Source: Mustelus asterias (taxonomy: Eukaryota). Taken from it: a stretch of DNA of 64,000 nucleotides. The notes under the pieces were generated by a model. It made no database searches. It had not been told where the DNA came from and saw only the letters and a program-made list of their open reading frames with translations. The stretch is from assembly GCF_964213995.1 (NCBI RefSeq), contig NC_135813.1:12524001-12588000 (forward strand). The letters are read 5' to 3'. Below, one piece after another: positions 23,203-36,229 of this stretch (positions within the stretch are counted from its first letter, which is position 1; each line of letters begins with the position of its first letter). A program made the translations under genes and the position numbers.

Positions 23203-23508
23203 TATAGAATCCCTACAGTGTAGAAGGAGGCCATTTGGCCCATCGAAGCTGCACTGACCGCAATCTCACCCAGGCCGTATTCCTACATATTTACCCTGCT
23301 ACTCCCCCTGATGCTAGGATCAATTTAGCATGGCCAATCAACCTAACCCACACATCTTTAGAGTGTGGGAGGAAACCGGAGCACCCGGAGGAAACCCACG
23401 CAGACACAGGGAGAACGTGCAGACTCCACACAGACAGTGTGACCTGAGACCAGAATTGAACCCAGGTCTCTGGTGCTGTGAGGCAGCAGTGCTAACCACT
23501 GTGCCGCT
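23203..23508 (-). mobile_element. HE1-type V-SINE
   Basis: Same head, core and tail. Confidence 0.9.
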
Positions 23509-23806
23509 CCGTGTATATTCACTGTTAAAGGGAATCACTGCGCAGCGTTCATGAGTGGAGACTTTGCTGTTTATTTTCTGTTCTCTCCCTCCATAACCCA
23601 GGGGCAAGAAGGCTATTTGTGCCCAGGCTAACAACACAGATAAGGTTCAGACCTGGGACCTTGTAAATGGCTGAACTACTCACCAGCAAGTGTATCTGCC
23701 AACTGAGCAACTGAGAAGTCTAAAATCCTTAGGTGAATTAGAAAGATGTCTTACTGAGCCAGGGCAGATCAGGTATCCATTCATTCTCATTTTCTTCTTT
23801 GTTCAG

Positions 23807-23854
23807 GTGACTTTCTTATACCAAAGGAGAAATCCTTAAATAAAATTGGACACG
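23807..23854 (+). CDS. PHYHD1: PHYHD1 coding exon (DFLIPKEKSLNKIGH)
   Basis: gttcag| ... G|gtaagg; 48 nt; conserved NKIGH. Confidence 0.95.
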
Positions 23855-24351
23855 GTAAGGTTACTGTTTCACACTACTTGGGAACAAAGAGAATGGTTCC
23901 ATATTTTCTTATTCTGTCTGAAGAAGCATCAACACATTCTTCTGAGGGGGCCATCAGCATTCACTCCAAGCTTTAGTGAAATTATTAGATTCCAAATGTC
24001 AGCAAAATGCTCATAAAGCAGACGGAAGCATTGAGTGAATTGAAAAGCCTTTTGTATCTCCTCAACAGGCTGGTTTTTAACCTGCTCATTGGGCCTTCTG
24101 TTTATCAGGGAAGGAGCTGTTGAAGGTTTTTCCGCTCCTTAACCCAGACAAACTGAGACTGATTGAAATAATCCCATTGCAGCAAAACTGAAACCAAATG
24201 TCTCCGCACAGAGCAATAAAGTCTGTTAGAAAACCCGACTGATGTTCTGTGCGAGAATGTTCCAACCTGAAACACTAGTTTCATATGGTGTTTTCTTTTG
24301 GATATTAGCAAGAAACATTCACGGAAACAGTGAGAACTCAGACCTCTCTTT

Positions 24352-24692
24352 CATAGAACCATAGAGTAGAATCATAAAATCCCTACAGTGCAGGTGAAGG
24401 CCATTCAGCCCATCGAGTCTGCACTGACCACAATCCCATGCAGGGCCCATTCCCGTAACCCCACATATTTACCCTGCTGATCCCCTTACACTAGGGTCAA
24501 TTTAACATGGCCAATCAACCTAACCTGCACATCTTTGGCCTGTGGGAGGAAACCGGAGCACCCGGAGGAAACCCATGCAGACACAGGGAGAATGTGCAAA
24601 CTCCTCACAGACAGTGACCCAAGCCAGGAATCGAACCCGGGTCCCTGGTGCTGTGAGGCAGCAGTGTTAACCACTGTGCCACCATGCTGCCC
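24352..24692 (-). mobile_element. HE1-type V-SINE
   Basis: Same head, core and tail. Confidence 0.9.
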
Positions 24693-24919
24693 ATTTTTAT
24701 CATTATTGAGTGATTATTATGCTTTTGTTTAAAAATTAAGCTTCTACAAGCACCTTACGTCAGCTGGGACCCTGTATTGTAATGAAAAGAAATCTGATTG
24801 ATGGGACAGTAAGATTATCCTCCAAGTGGGTCCCACCGGTCATTAATTCTAGTGTTTCATTTTCTGCAGGGTATCTCTCTTGCTCAGAGACTCACTCTTA
24901 ATATAATTCTTCTCCACAG

Positions 24920-24975
24920 CTCTTCATGCTTTGGAACCTACATTCAAAAATCTCACACATTCACTCAAAGTTCAG
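24920..24975 (+). CDS. PHYHD1: PHYHD1 coding exon (LHALEPTFKNLTHSLKVQ)
   Basis: ccacag| ... CAG|gtgggt; 56 nt; phase agrees with both neighbours. Confidence 0.95.
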
Positions 24976-25509
24976 GTGGGTATATCTTGAGTGTACGATA
25001 AGTGTGATGGAGTGTCTCTGTAATTACTAGCATATGGGAATCAGCACAGCAGTCATGCCTGATAAAGGTGATCATGTTACATGAGACTGAAATGGCTCGT
25101 TTGGAGAGCCAGTGCAGACACGACGGGCCAAATGGCCTCCTTCTGCGCCGTAACAATTCTGTGATTTCAAATTGACTGGGAACCTGGTAGAAGGCAATAA
25201 AACTTTTGCTGAATTCAATTTTAGCAACACCTTCTCATCCCCAACCCTACAAACAGTTTCTTTTCGGTACGTCATCCAAAAGATCTCCAGTTAATTATTG
25301 CAAAGAGCCAATTCATTGTATAAGTGCCATTCTTAGGACACCCATTTCAATCCCCTTCTGGCTGCCCTCTGAAGCCGAACCAGACCATTTGTGGCCTCAA
25401 TACTCTGTTTGGCCCTGAGCTGAGATTCCGAGCCCATATCCTCTCCATCACCAAGATGGACCATTTTCATCTCTGTCACCTGTTCGTGTCCTGTCCTTGT
25501 ATGAACCTA

Positions 25510-25960
25510 TAAATTAGGAGCAGGAGTAGGCCATTCAGCCCCTCAAGCTTGCTCTGCCATTCAATAAGATCATGGCTGATCTGATGGTGGCCTCAATTCC
25601 ACATTCCGCCTACTCCTGATAACCTTTGACTCCCTTGTTAGTCAAGAATCTATTTACCTTTGCCTTAAACTTACTCAATGATCCTGCTGTCCAGTTAAAA
25701 GAGTTCCAAAGATTCCTGATCCTCTGAGAGAAAAGCATTGTTCTCATCTCGTCTTAATTGGAAGGGCCCTCATTTTTAATCTGAGTCCCCTAGTTCTGGT
25801 CTCTCTCACAATGGGAAACATCTTTTCAGCACCCGCCTTGTCAAATCCTCTCAGGATCCTATATATTTCGATAAGATCACCTCTCAGGCTGCTAAACTCT
25901 AATGGATACGAGCCCAGCCTGGCCCAGCCTTTCCTCAAAAGATAACCCCCCCTACCCCAG
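25510..25960 (-). mobile_element. CR1 LINE 3' fragment
   Basis: LRGDLIEIYRILRGFDK; CR1 tail at 25510. Confidence 0.8.
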
Positions 25961-26564
25961 GTTTCACCTGTGGCTGCAATCTGGATCGAGGCTTTTGTTA
26001 ACTTCAGATGAGAACGCACTGATGGCCAGTGTCTACCTTCCACCCTCTGTAGACTTGCTGCCTATGTCCTCTCTTGCAGTCAGCCCTGTGCCCACTGATC
26101 TACATTGGTTCCTGGTCCAGCACTGTCTCCAATTTAAAATTCCCATTCTTGTGTTCAAATCCCCCTTGATGCAAAGACCAATTCACAGAATGAAGTACAA
26201 GTGTGCAGTGGGGGCAAGAACTGTAGACTCACTTTTGTGTAATGGGGGTTACCAGAAATATTTTTATGTGGATCATAAAGAGGCGTTGCCCCTCGTTATC
26301 TCTGTAACCTCCTCCAGTCCCACAACCCTCCATATTTTTGATATTTACTGCATTTTTAAATGTTGCTTCTGAAGTTGGTAAAGATATCATTGGGACCTAT
26401 GTTTGTGATTTTGATTGTCTAAATGCGCGTCCTTGGCTTAAGCTTCAGAACAGACATCCACAAAGTCGATATGGACAATGAAGACTATTTGCTCCATTCT
26501 ACATGATCTACTTAAAAATATTTCTAGTAACCCCTGTTATAATCCAGGTCAGAAACTCCAAAGT

Positions 26565-27306
26565 GTTTTATGAAATCTGCCTGGATCATGAGTTTTGCAA
26601 TTTGAATTTGGCTAGGGTAAGCGTGAGATGTTTCACTTCAGGCATGATTCAAATGACCCACCCGGGAGCTTTTATCAAACAAAGTTTATTTAAGAATACA
26701 GTTAATATATAGCAATAACTTTTACCAATTACAAACAAGAAAAAAAATCATGATATTGTAGAAAGCTTAACAACTAAATGCAATGTTCCAACCAAACAAA
26801 CTTCCCTATAAACATACACCTGCCACAGGTTTAGCACAGAAAACAAGGATGCTCACGTGATGCTGGAACTTAATCCTTTGGTTGGAGAATTGAAACTCTG
26901 TCTTCCCAAACTTGTAACTTCCAGCAGATCTGGAGGTAGAGATGATGCCACTGCTGGCTTCTAGCTTTTAACCAATGAACCACCGCAAGAGACAGAATTC
27001 TCACTCCAGGAAGGCAAGAAAGAGAGAGAAAACCTGCCGGCGTCCAGCCTGAAGTAGAACACCTTCTAACTAAAACAGCACCCAGTGGGCCAAAACTGAA
27101 AGTGAAAGAACTCCTACCACCTGACCTGTCAATCATTCTTTCTCCAGCAATTCAGGGTCATAAAAATCCCGGACACAACATGAGGCCCAGAATAAAAATA
27201 AACAAAACCCCATTTAAGCAGCAATAAAAGAGACTTCTCATCAGACAGTTCAGGGCTTGCTTATATATGATTAAAAATACATTTCTTAAAGATACACTAG
27301 TGTCAC
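26565..27306 (-). mobile_element. Probable solo LTR
   Basis: Minus strand begins tgtgaca, has AATAAA near its end (tttatt about 26685) and LTR-like composition; no second copy in the window. Confidence 0.4.
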
Positions 27307-27593
27307 ACCCCCATTACAGAAAAATGATTCTCCAGTTTTTGGCCCCCACTCAGACTTGTACTTCATTCTGTGAATTGGTCATTGCATCAAAGCTTCTTGA
27401 CTTTAGTTAGTTTGAACCTGAACCCTTTGTCCTATTGCTAATTTCACTTAATTATCTAGATTTGCTTTTTCTATGCCTTTTAATATTGACTATGCCCATG
27501 CAAGATACCTTCTTCATGCCACCTTTTAAAGCTGAAAATGTTGATTTATCTGGCCTTTAATCAGTCCTCTGATGCTGATGATCAGCCTCACAG

Positions 27594-27885
27594 ATGGCAC
27601 AGTGGTTAGCACTGCTGCCTCACAGCGTCGGGGACCCGGGTTCAATTCCCGGCTTGGGCCACTGTCTGTGTGGAGTTTGCACGTTCTCCCCGTGTCTGCG
27701 TGGGTTTCCTCCGGGTGCTCCGGTTTCCTCCCACAAGCGGAAAAATGTGCTGGTTAGGTGGATTGGCCGTGCTAAATTCTCCCTTAGTGTACCCGAACAG
27801 GAGTGTGACGACTAGGGGATTTACACAGTAACTTCATTGCAGTGTTAATGTAAGCCTACTTGTGACTAATAAATAAGCTTTAAAA
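27594..27885 (+). mobile_element. V-SINE with alternative tail
   Basis: HE1-like head and core, then ...cacagtaacttcattgcagtgttaatgtaagcctacttgtgactaataaa. Confidence 0.88.
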
Positions 27886-28114
27886 CTTTAAAATTGTCCA
27901 TGTATCTTGACTGCGTTGGTTTTATATCCATATGAGTGAAGGAAAAAAAATGACCAAAGGCTTCCTGTTGCTGTTACTGCCAGTGAGCTATGTGAGTGCA
28001 GCTTTAAGAGGTTTGAGTGCAGGCAATTCGGCCACCCTCATTGCTCAACGTAGGTCTAAAGAAAGACTAGAAAGTATATATCCACTGTTAAATGAATCTC
28101 TCTCCGTGTGACAG

Positions 28115-28177
28115 GAGGTCGCCCAGAAGTTAGAACTAAAGGAACCTGTCATTGTGCAGAGTATGTATATCTTCAAG
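28115..28177 (+). CDS. PHYHD1: PHYHD1 coding exon (EVAQKLELKEPVIVQSMYIFK)
   Basis: gacag| ... AAG|gtatgt; 63 nt; conserved QSMYIFK. Confidence 0.95.
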
Positions 28178-28359
28178 GTATGTTGGAAATTGTTTATCTG
28201 CTTTCACTCTCAGTGACTCGGTCGGACTGGAAGCTGAAATTTAGGCCATTTAGAAATCATAATACAATCAAGCAGTCAACATGGTTTCATGAAAGGGAAG
28301 CTGTGTTTGACAAATTTATTAGAGTTGTTTGAAGATGTAACAAGCAGAGTGGATAAAAA

Positions 28360-28715
28360 CAATGGAATACAGAAAATAGGAGCAGGAGTAGACCATTCAG
28401 CCCTTCGAGCCTGCTCCGCCATTCAATATGATCATGCCTGATCCTGTATCTCAACACCATACTCCAGCACTCTCCCCATCACCCTTGACGCCTTTAGAGT
28501 CTAAAAATCTATCTATTTCCATTTTAAATATATTCACTGATTTGGCCTCCACAGCCTTCTGTGGAAGAGAACTCCACAGACTCACCACACTCCAAGTGAA
28601 GTCTCCCCTCATCTCAGTCCTAAATGGCCTAACTTGTATCCTGAGACTGTGACCCTTTGTTCTGTACCCCAGCCAGAGGAAACAACATCCCTGCATCCAG
28701 CCCTGTCTGAATTTT
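28360..28715 (-). mobile_element. CR1 LINE 3' fragment
   Basis: RTKGHSLRI...VVSLWSSLPQKAVEA; CR1 tail. Confidence 0.82.
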
Positions 28716-28745
28716 AAGTTTCAAGCAGCGTCATTGAAGGGGAAA

Positions 28746-29170
28746 TCATAGAATCAATAGAATGCCGAAGAGGCCATTCAGCCCATCGAGTCTGCACCAA
28801 CTCTCTGACAGAGTATCTTATCCAGCCCCTCTCGCCTGCCCTATTGCCATAACCCCACACATTTCCCACAGCTAATCCATCTAACGTATTTATCTTGGGA
28901 CACTAAGGTGCAATTTAACATGGCCAATCCACCTAACCTGCATATCTTTGGACTGTGAAGGTCATAATGAACCACATGACAACCCAGTAGTTCGTGATCA
29001 TAGAATCCCTACAGTGCAGAAGGAGGCCAATCGGCCCATCAAGTCTGCACTGACCACAATCCCACTCAGGCCCTATTCTCATAACCCCATGCATTTACTC
29101 TAGCTAGTCCCCCTGACACTAAGGGGCAATTTAACATGGCCAATCAACCTAACCCACACATCTTTGGACA
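28746..29170 (-). mobile_element. Two 5'-truncated HE1-type SINE 3' halves
   Basis: 28746-28957 and 28998-29170 contain only the tail and end of the core. Confidence 0.8.
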
Positions 29171-29498
29171 TCATTAATGAATTATATTCCAGATTGATTA
29201 ATCAATTGAATTTTAAATTTTCCCAGTTGTCTTGGTGGGATTTGAATTCATGACCCCGGGGCATTAGTTAGCCACTTTATTACTACAGTGCTGGATTACT
29301 GATCCAGTAACATTACCACTATGTTATCGTCCATCTAATTACTGAAATGGACCTACTAGTAAAATACTGAAGGCAAAAACATGGAAAACTCTAAGAGCTA
29401 GCAGGGGGGAAAGCTATAAATTTGTGAATGAAAATGAGAAGGTGGCAAATGGTCATCCTCCTCTGTCTATCTTATCTATTATCAGCTTGTTGGGTCCA

Positions 29499-29738
29499 TC
29501 TAAAGGCGTCAAGGGTGATGGGGAGAGTGCTGGAGTATGGTGTTGAGATACAGGATCAGGCATGATCATATTGAATGGCGGAGCAGGCTCGAAGGGCTGA
29601 ATGGTCTACTCCTGCTCCTATTTTCTATATTCCAATGTTTTTATCCACTCTGCTTGTTACATCTTCAAACAACTCTAATAAATTTGTCAAACACAACTTC
29701 CCTTTCATGAAGCCATGTTGACTGCTTGATTGTATTAT
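29499..29738 (-). repeat. Inverted 240-bp copy of 28259-28498 flanked by a 14-bp direct repeat
   Basis: Four mismatches by eye; ttgttgggtccatc at 29487-29500 and 29743-29756. Confidence 0.92.
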
Positions 29739-30197
29739 AAGTTTGTTGGGTCCATCCATTCGTTTGAACAGATGAGGGGACAGCACTGATACAAGTTTTA
29801 AAATGGTTTTCTTTCATTGAACAGAACTTAAAACATTAACATGACAAGCAAAAAGAAAAAGCAGACTTGGAGACTGGCTTCTACTGCCAGCTCCTTAACT
29901 GAATGGATCTCAAAAACAAAGTGAAAAACACACACTAAAATCCAATCTATGTTTCAACTGTTATCTCGTTATCTCCGACTTAGAAAAACAATCCTTGCAG
30001 CTGTGGTTATGTTGCTGTTTGCCTGCATTGTGTACCCTTCAGGAATGCAGGCAGTTTTTCGCTAATCTTTAGCCTTCTGATTCTTCTTGTAGTCAAGTTA
30101 TCAAAGATAGTTGCATAGGCAGAAATATCTTAAAATGAAGTATTTGCATAGACTGAAGCAAGCAGGGCTAAATATACATGGGGGGGCGGGGGGCGGG

Positions 30198-31075
30198 GGG
30201 GGTGATTCTCCCAAAAAAGTTCTAAGTGCTGAATTTGTGGGAAAACTGGTGTAAATCACAATTTTATTTTTCAGTGGGAGTTCACACTCGAATCGGCCAC
30301 ACTCTGTGCAGTGCAAAGGTCACAATCGTGAATATCATTAATAGCCCGGGGGGCGGAGCTTATTCATGCCAGAGTCTGACATTCACGGATCTCTGCACAT
30401 GCGCAGTGGCCTCGAACTGTCAGTCTGTAGCTCGCTGGCCTGCTTGATCATGGCCAGCCTGGGCCCCTCGCAATGCTGCCCCCCAACCCCCATCCCCGGC
30501 CAAATCGTGGCCCCCATGAGCATTCGCGGTCCAGTCCCGACCCCCCCCCCGCCCCCGGCAGTGATTATTCCCCCACCCACGGGAGGCAGACCCCCCAGCA
30601 GACACCCCCACCCCTCTGCAAACCCCCCATCACAGAAAGCAGACATCCCCCAGCAGACCAACTGCCCCCCCCCTCCACCCGCCACCCCCCCCCCGCCCCC
30701 CCCCCCCGCCCCCCCCGCCCCCCCCCCCCCCCCCCCCCCGCCCCTCCCCCCCCCCCCCCCCCGCCCCTCCCCCCCCCCGCTAGTTCCCCGAAAGTGGGGA
30801 GCTAGTCTGAACCTTGCTGGCGTGAAATTGCACTGATGGGGTGGGAGATGCCAAGGGGCTGGGGAATTCAGTCCTGGGCCTGATAATCACATTTAAATAA
30901 GATTAAAAATAGATTTAAATCACTTACCAGCAAGCTGTTCCCGTTGGTTTCCAGCGTGGTCCTGACTACGCCGGATATCTGGCACTGGGAAATGCGGGTG
31001 CGTCGGAAACGCATGTGTGAATCCTGCGAATCGTCCGACACGCGATTCTCCCAGCGGGATGGGAGCATCGTCCCC
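30198..31075. mobile_element. Non-autonomous DNA transposon with about 16-bp terminal inverted repeats and an internal poly-C tract
   Basis: Left gggggtgattctccca, right tgggagcatcgtcccc; CpG-rich interior; no credible ORF. Confidence 0.6.
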
Positions 31076-31607
31076 AGGATCTCTCAAAGCTACAGAGCAA
31101 AAGTGTTTGAGTACCTTATCTGTTTAATGTTTTGTTGGTGTTAATTAGTAGCAGCTCAGAGCGCTGACCCTCTCTAATATTTAACACTTGATGCAACACT
31201 AGATTTTTTTATAACATCCTTTGCCATGCTGGTTTCACCTCCAGGGTTTATACTAATGAAGTCACTCACCTACTTAATGACTACTGCTTGGGATGATCAT
31301 GTATCTGTTATGGACATGCTAAGAATTTGTTTTTTTTAATCTTCACACACACTTACTCCCCTTTGGGGAATAGTGAAGAGATGAAGGAAGGATTTCTGGG
31401 CTAATAATCAGCCCATTGAATCATATCATGAATGTTCCTTCCATGGTCAATGGGTCCTAGAGCTTCTGGTCCAGACGGAGGGCACTGCCACTGTGTCACA
31501 AGGCCTCTTTTGCTAAAATTATTAGCCATGTTACTGAACTTCTTCAGTTCAATCCCGTGTTAATTATCATGTACTAATTGGGTTGAATGATTTGTCTCAG
31601 GATAGTT

Positions 31608-31807
31608 NNNNNNNNNNNNNNNNNNNNNNNNNNNNNNNNNNNNNNNNNNNNNNNNNNNNNNNNNNNNNNNNNNNNNNNNNNNNNNNNNNNNNNNNNNNNN
31701 NNNNNNNNNNNNNNNNNNNNNNNNNNNNNNNNNNNNNNNNNNNNNNNNNNNNNNNNNNNNNNNNNNNNNNNNNNNNNNNNNNNNNNNNNNNNNNNNNNNN
31801 NNNNNNN
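31608..31807. other. Assembly gap (200 N)
   Basis: Exactly 200 n, typical of a fixed-size scaffolding gap of unknown true length. Confidence 0.99.
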
Positions 31808-31909
31808 GGCGAAAGGCAAGAAAGTGGAGTTAAACCCATAATCATGTCAACCATGACCTGTTTGAATGGCAGAGCAGGCTCGTGAAGCCAAATGAAGCAA
31901 AATATTTAA

Positions 31910-32213
31910 TCACAGAATCCTACAATGCAGAAGGAGACCATTCGGCCCATCAAGTCTGCATCGACCACAATCCCACCCAGACCCTATACCCACAACCCTA
32001 GCTAGTCCCCCTGACACTAAGGGACAATTTTAGCATGGCCAGTCCCCCCAACCTGCTCATCTTTGGGCTGTGGAAGGAAACCAGAGCACCCCGGAGAAAC
32101 CCACGCAGACACGAGGAGAATGTGCAAACTCCACACAGACAGTGACCCAATCCCGGGAATTGAACCCTGGCGCTGTGAGACAGCAGTGCTAACCCACTGT
32201 GCCACCGTGCCAC
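31910..32213 (-). mobile_element. HE1-type V-SINE
   Basis: Same head, core and tail. Confidence 0.9.
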
Positions 32214-32540
32214 CTCTTTCAGATGTAATGTTTCCTTGCACTATGTAAATGTTTTGGGTTCAGTGCAGTTTTTAAATTAAAAGGTATGCAATATTATCAT
32301 GTGTTCATGAAATATTATAAAAGCCAAGTGTATGTGTTGATTTGCCAGTGTTTTATGGTTTGGAGTTGAAGATTACAGGCAGCCTGAGAATAGGCAATTT
32401 GCCTGGAACTTGCCTTAGTGGCTCTCCCGATGTAGTTGACTAAGTTTATGTAGTGAGCTCCTAGGCAGTACGAACCAGGTTGGATTGTATTCTACCCCCG
32501 ACCTGTGCTCATAGAATCACAGAACAGTTGCAGCACAGAA

Positions 32541-34385
32541 TTTGATTTGATTTGATTTATTATTGTCACATGTATTGTATACAGTGAAAAGTAATGTTTC
32601 TTGCACGCTATACAGACAAAACATAGCGTTTATAGAGAAGGAAGGGAAAGAGTGCAGAATGTAGTGTTACAGTCATAGCTAGGGTGTAGAGAAAGATCAA
32701 CGTAATGCAAGGAAGGTCCATTCAAAAGTCTGATGACAGCAGGGAAGGAGCTGTTCTTGAGTCGGTTGGTGTGTGACCTCAGACTTTTGTATCTTTTTCT
32801 TGATGGAAGAAGGTGGAAGAGGGTATGTCTGGGATGCGTGGGGTCCTTGATTATGCTGGCTGCTTTTCCGAGACAGCAGAAAGTATAGACGGAGTCAATG
32901 GATGGGAGGCTGGTTTGTGTGATTGACTGAGCTTCATTCATGACCCTTTGTAGTTTCTTGTGGTCTTGGACAGAGCAGGTGTCATACCAAGCTGCGATAC
33001 AACCAGAGAGAATGCTTTCTGTGGTGCATCTGTAAAGGTTGGTGAGAATTGTAGCGGACATGCCAAATTTCCTTAGCTTCTTGAGAAAGTAGAGGCATTG
33101 TTGGGCTTTCTTAACCGTAGCGTCGGTATGGAGGGACCAGGTGATCTGGACACCTAGAAACTTGAAGCTTTCAACCATTTCCACTCCTTCATGTCCTCCA
33201 CTACGCTTCCTGAATTTGATGACTATCTCCTTCATTTTACTGACATTGAGGGAGAGATTATTGTTGTTACACCAGTTCACCAGCTTCTCTATTTCTTTCC
33301 TGTACTCCGTCTCATCATTGTTTGAGATCCAATCCACTACGGTGGTGTCGTCAGCAAACTTGAAAATCGAGTTGGAGGGGAATCTGACCACACAGTCATA
33401 GGTGTATAAGGAGTATAGTGAGGGGTTGAGAACACAGCCTTGTGGGGCACTGGTGTTGAGGATGATCGTGGAGGAGGTGTTGTTGCCTATCCTTACTGAT
33501 TGCGGTCTGTGGGTTAGGAAGTCTAGGATCCAGTCACAGAGGGAGGAGCCAAACCCTAGGCCACAGAGTTTGGAGATGATTTTTGTGGGAATAATGGTGT
33601 TGAAGGCTGAGCTGTAGTCAATAAATAGGAGTCTGACGTAGGTGTGTTTGTTATCCGGGTGTTCCAGGGTTGAGTGTAGGACCAGGGAGATGGCATCTGC
33701 TGTGAACCTGTTGCAACGATAGGTGAGCTGTAGTGGATCTAGGCAATCTGGGAGGCTGGAATTGATTTGTCCCATGACTAACCTGTTGAAGCACTTCATA
33801 AGGTGAGGTGGGCAGCACGATGACACAGTGGTTAGCACTGCTGCCTCACAGCGCCAGGGACCTGGGTTCAATTCCTGGCTTGGATCACTGGCTGTGTGGA
33901 GTCTGCACCTTCTCCCCGTGTCTGCATGGGTTTCCTCTGGGTGCTCTGGTTTCCTCCTACCATCTGAAAGACGTGCTAGTTAGGTGCATTGGCTATGCTA
34001 AATTCTCCCTCAGTGTACCCGAACAGGCGGTGGAGTGTGGCGACTAGGAGAATTTCACAGTAACTACATTGCAGTGTTAATGTAAGCCTACTTGTGACAC
34101 ATAAATAAACTTTAAACTAATGATGGAAGTCAGAGCCACCGGATGATAATAATTAAGGTAAGCTGCCTGGCTTTTCTATGGTACAGGGATGACGGTTGTC
34201 TTCTTGAAGCAGATAGGGACCTCAGATTGGTGTAAAAAGAGGTTAAAGATGCCTGCGAATACCCCCGCTAGCTGATTCACGCAGGATCTAAGTTCTCGTC
34301 CAGGTACCCCTTCCGGGCCAGTCGCTTTCCGTAGGTTGACTTCCGAGAAGGCTGATCTGACGTCTGTGATGGTGACCTTGTATAC
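32541..34385 (-). mobile_element. Rex1/Babar-type LINE (RT and 3' end), interrupted by a SINE at about 33808-34120
   Basis: [60 protein letters not shown]; tail aataaatcaaatcaaatc. Confidence 0.92.
33808..34120 (+). mobile_element. V-SINE with alternative tail, inserted in Rex1
   Basis: Same alternative tail; Rex1 sequence resumes on both sides. Confidence 0.88.
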
Positions 34386-34787
34386 TGGTTTGGCCAGGCT
34401 TCCGGGGCAGAAGGTGTGCTTTGGCTGACCTCTTGCTCAAAATGGCCATTCTGCCCCTCGTGTCCGGTTGTCCTTCCGCTTGCTCTTGTAACTGGATAAT
34501 AGTAAAAGGAATATCACCAATGTCGTTCCTCACCAGAATCGTGACTGATTCTTATGTAATGATTTTGTCTTTCCTCAGCAATAATCTTATTGTTTGCTCA
34601 GTTACTTTTGCTCCTCTGTCCCTTTTGTTGTAAACAACGGGAGGGATATGAGGTCACATTGGTGATGTAGTGAGTGATGGGTTTGCCAGCACTTAGAGGA
34701 AATGGTGGGGGTGTGTGCTTTTCCCATCTCCTCCAGGTCGATCGACCGAGCCTCAACTTCTTGCTTCTTGTAGGTGGAACTTGATGA

Positions 34788-35051
<264 letters not shown>

Positions 35052-36112
35052 TGACATTGTCCATTAGTTATGAAATCTCAAATCTCAGCTGTGGTAAAAT
35101 TATGTTTTTTTTCCATTTGTTCCTGCGATTTGGGTGTCTCTGGCAAGGCTAGCATTTGCTCCCAACCCCTAATTGCCCTTGAATAAGGTGGTGAGCTGCC
35201 TTCTTGAACTGCAAGCTGTTCATGTGGTGTAGGTACAGTTAGTTCCAGGATTTTGACCCAGCAACAGTGAAAGAATGGCGATATAGTTCCAAGTCAGGAT
35301 GGTGGGGGACTTGGAGGAGAACTTTTGTTCCTATGTGACTGCTGCCCTTGACCTTCTGGTGGGTTGGAGGTTGTGGGTTTGGAAGATGCTGTCCAAGAAG
35401 CCTTGCTGAGTTGCTGCAGTGCATCTTAAGCAGGTGGTACACTGGATGGAAGTCATTGCATAGGCAGAGTTGCAAGATGGGAAGATAGAGGCACCTCAAG
35501 CCATTCTCTTGTTTTTTATTATTAATTAATTTAAACATTTATTAATTAATGAGGGACATGGGCATTGCTGGCTGGCCTGCATCCCTACCTGCCCTTGAAA
35601 CTGAGTGACCTACTAGGCCATTTCAGAGGGCAGGTGAGAGTCAACCACATTGCTGTGGCTCTGGAGTCACATGTAGGCCCGACCAAGTAAAGATGGCAGA
35701 TTTCCTTCCCTAAAGAACATTCGTGAACCAGATAGTTTTTTCCGACAATCGTTTCATGGTCATCAGTAGATTCTTAATTCCAGATTTAAAAAAAAATTGA
35801 ATTCAAATTCCACCAGCTGCTGCAGCGGGATTTGAACCCGGGTCCCCAGAACATTAGCTGAGTTTCTGGATTAATAATCTAGCGATAAGACCACTAGGCC
35901 TCTCTACAGACCAGACAGTAGGTCTCCTTCTTGCTTCCTCATCTATGGGAAGTATGGTGCATGGGTAGAAAATTTGTGAAGAAACCCTCATAACTGGAAA
36001 ATCCAAATAAAACATGATACAAAAATGTGCATTATTAGTGATTGAAAATCTAAGACACTGCATAAAGTCTGTTTATGCCCATTATACAGCACTTTGTTTT
36101 TCTGCCTGACAG

Positions 36113-36229
36113 TTGGTATTACACGGAGGATGGTACGAGCCCCAAAGGGAGAATATCCTCTGATTCAGTTTACCGGAAAGGAGCGTGATTATCCAGATGA
36201 TGAATTCATTCCTGTTCCAGTTAAAAAAG
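36113..36229 (+). CDS. PHYHD1: PHYHD1 coding exon (GITRRMVRAPKG...PVPVKK)
   Basis: tgacag| ... G|gtagat; 117 nt. Confidence 0.95.

Noticed and set aside
30366-30836. Proline-rich ORFs (formin/extensin-like)
   Set aside because: They are translations of a poly-C tract inside a repeat; homopolymer lengths may be unreliable.
31574-31885. ORFs spanning the N run
   Set aside because: Artefacts of the assembly gap.
32360-32385. cagcctgagaataggc resembling the missing PHYHD1 QPGIG micro-exon
   Set aside because: Needs an indel, lacks GGE and has no properly placed splice sites.
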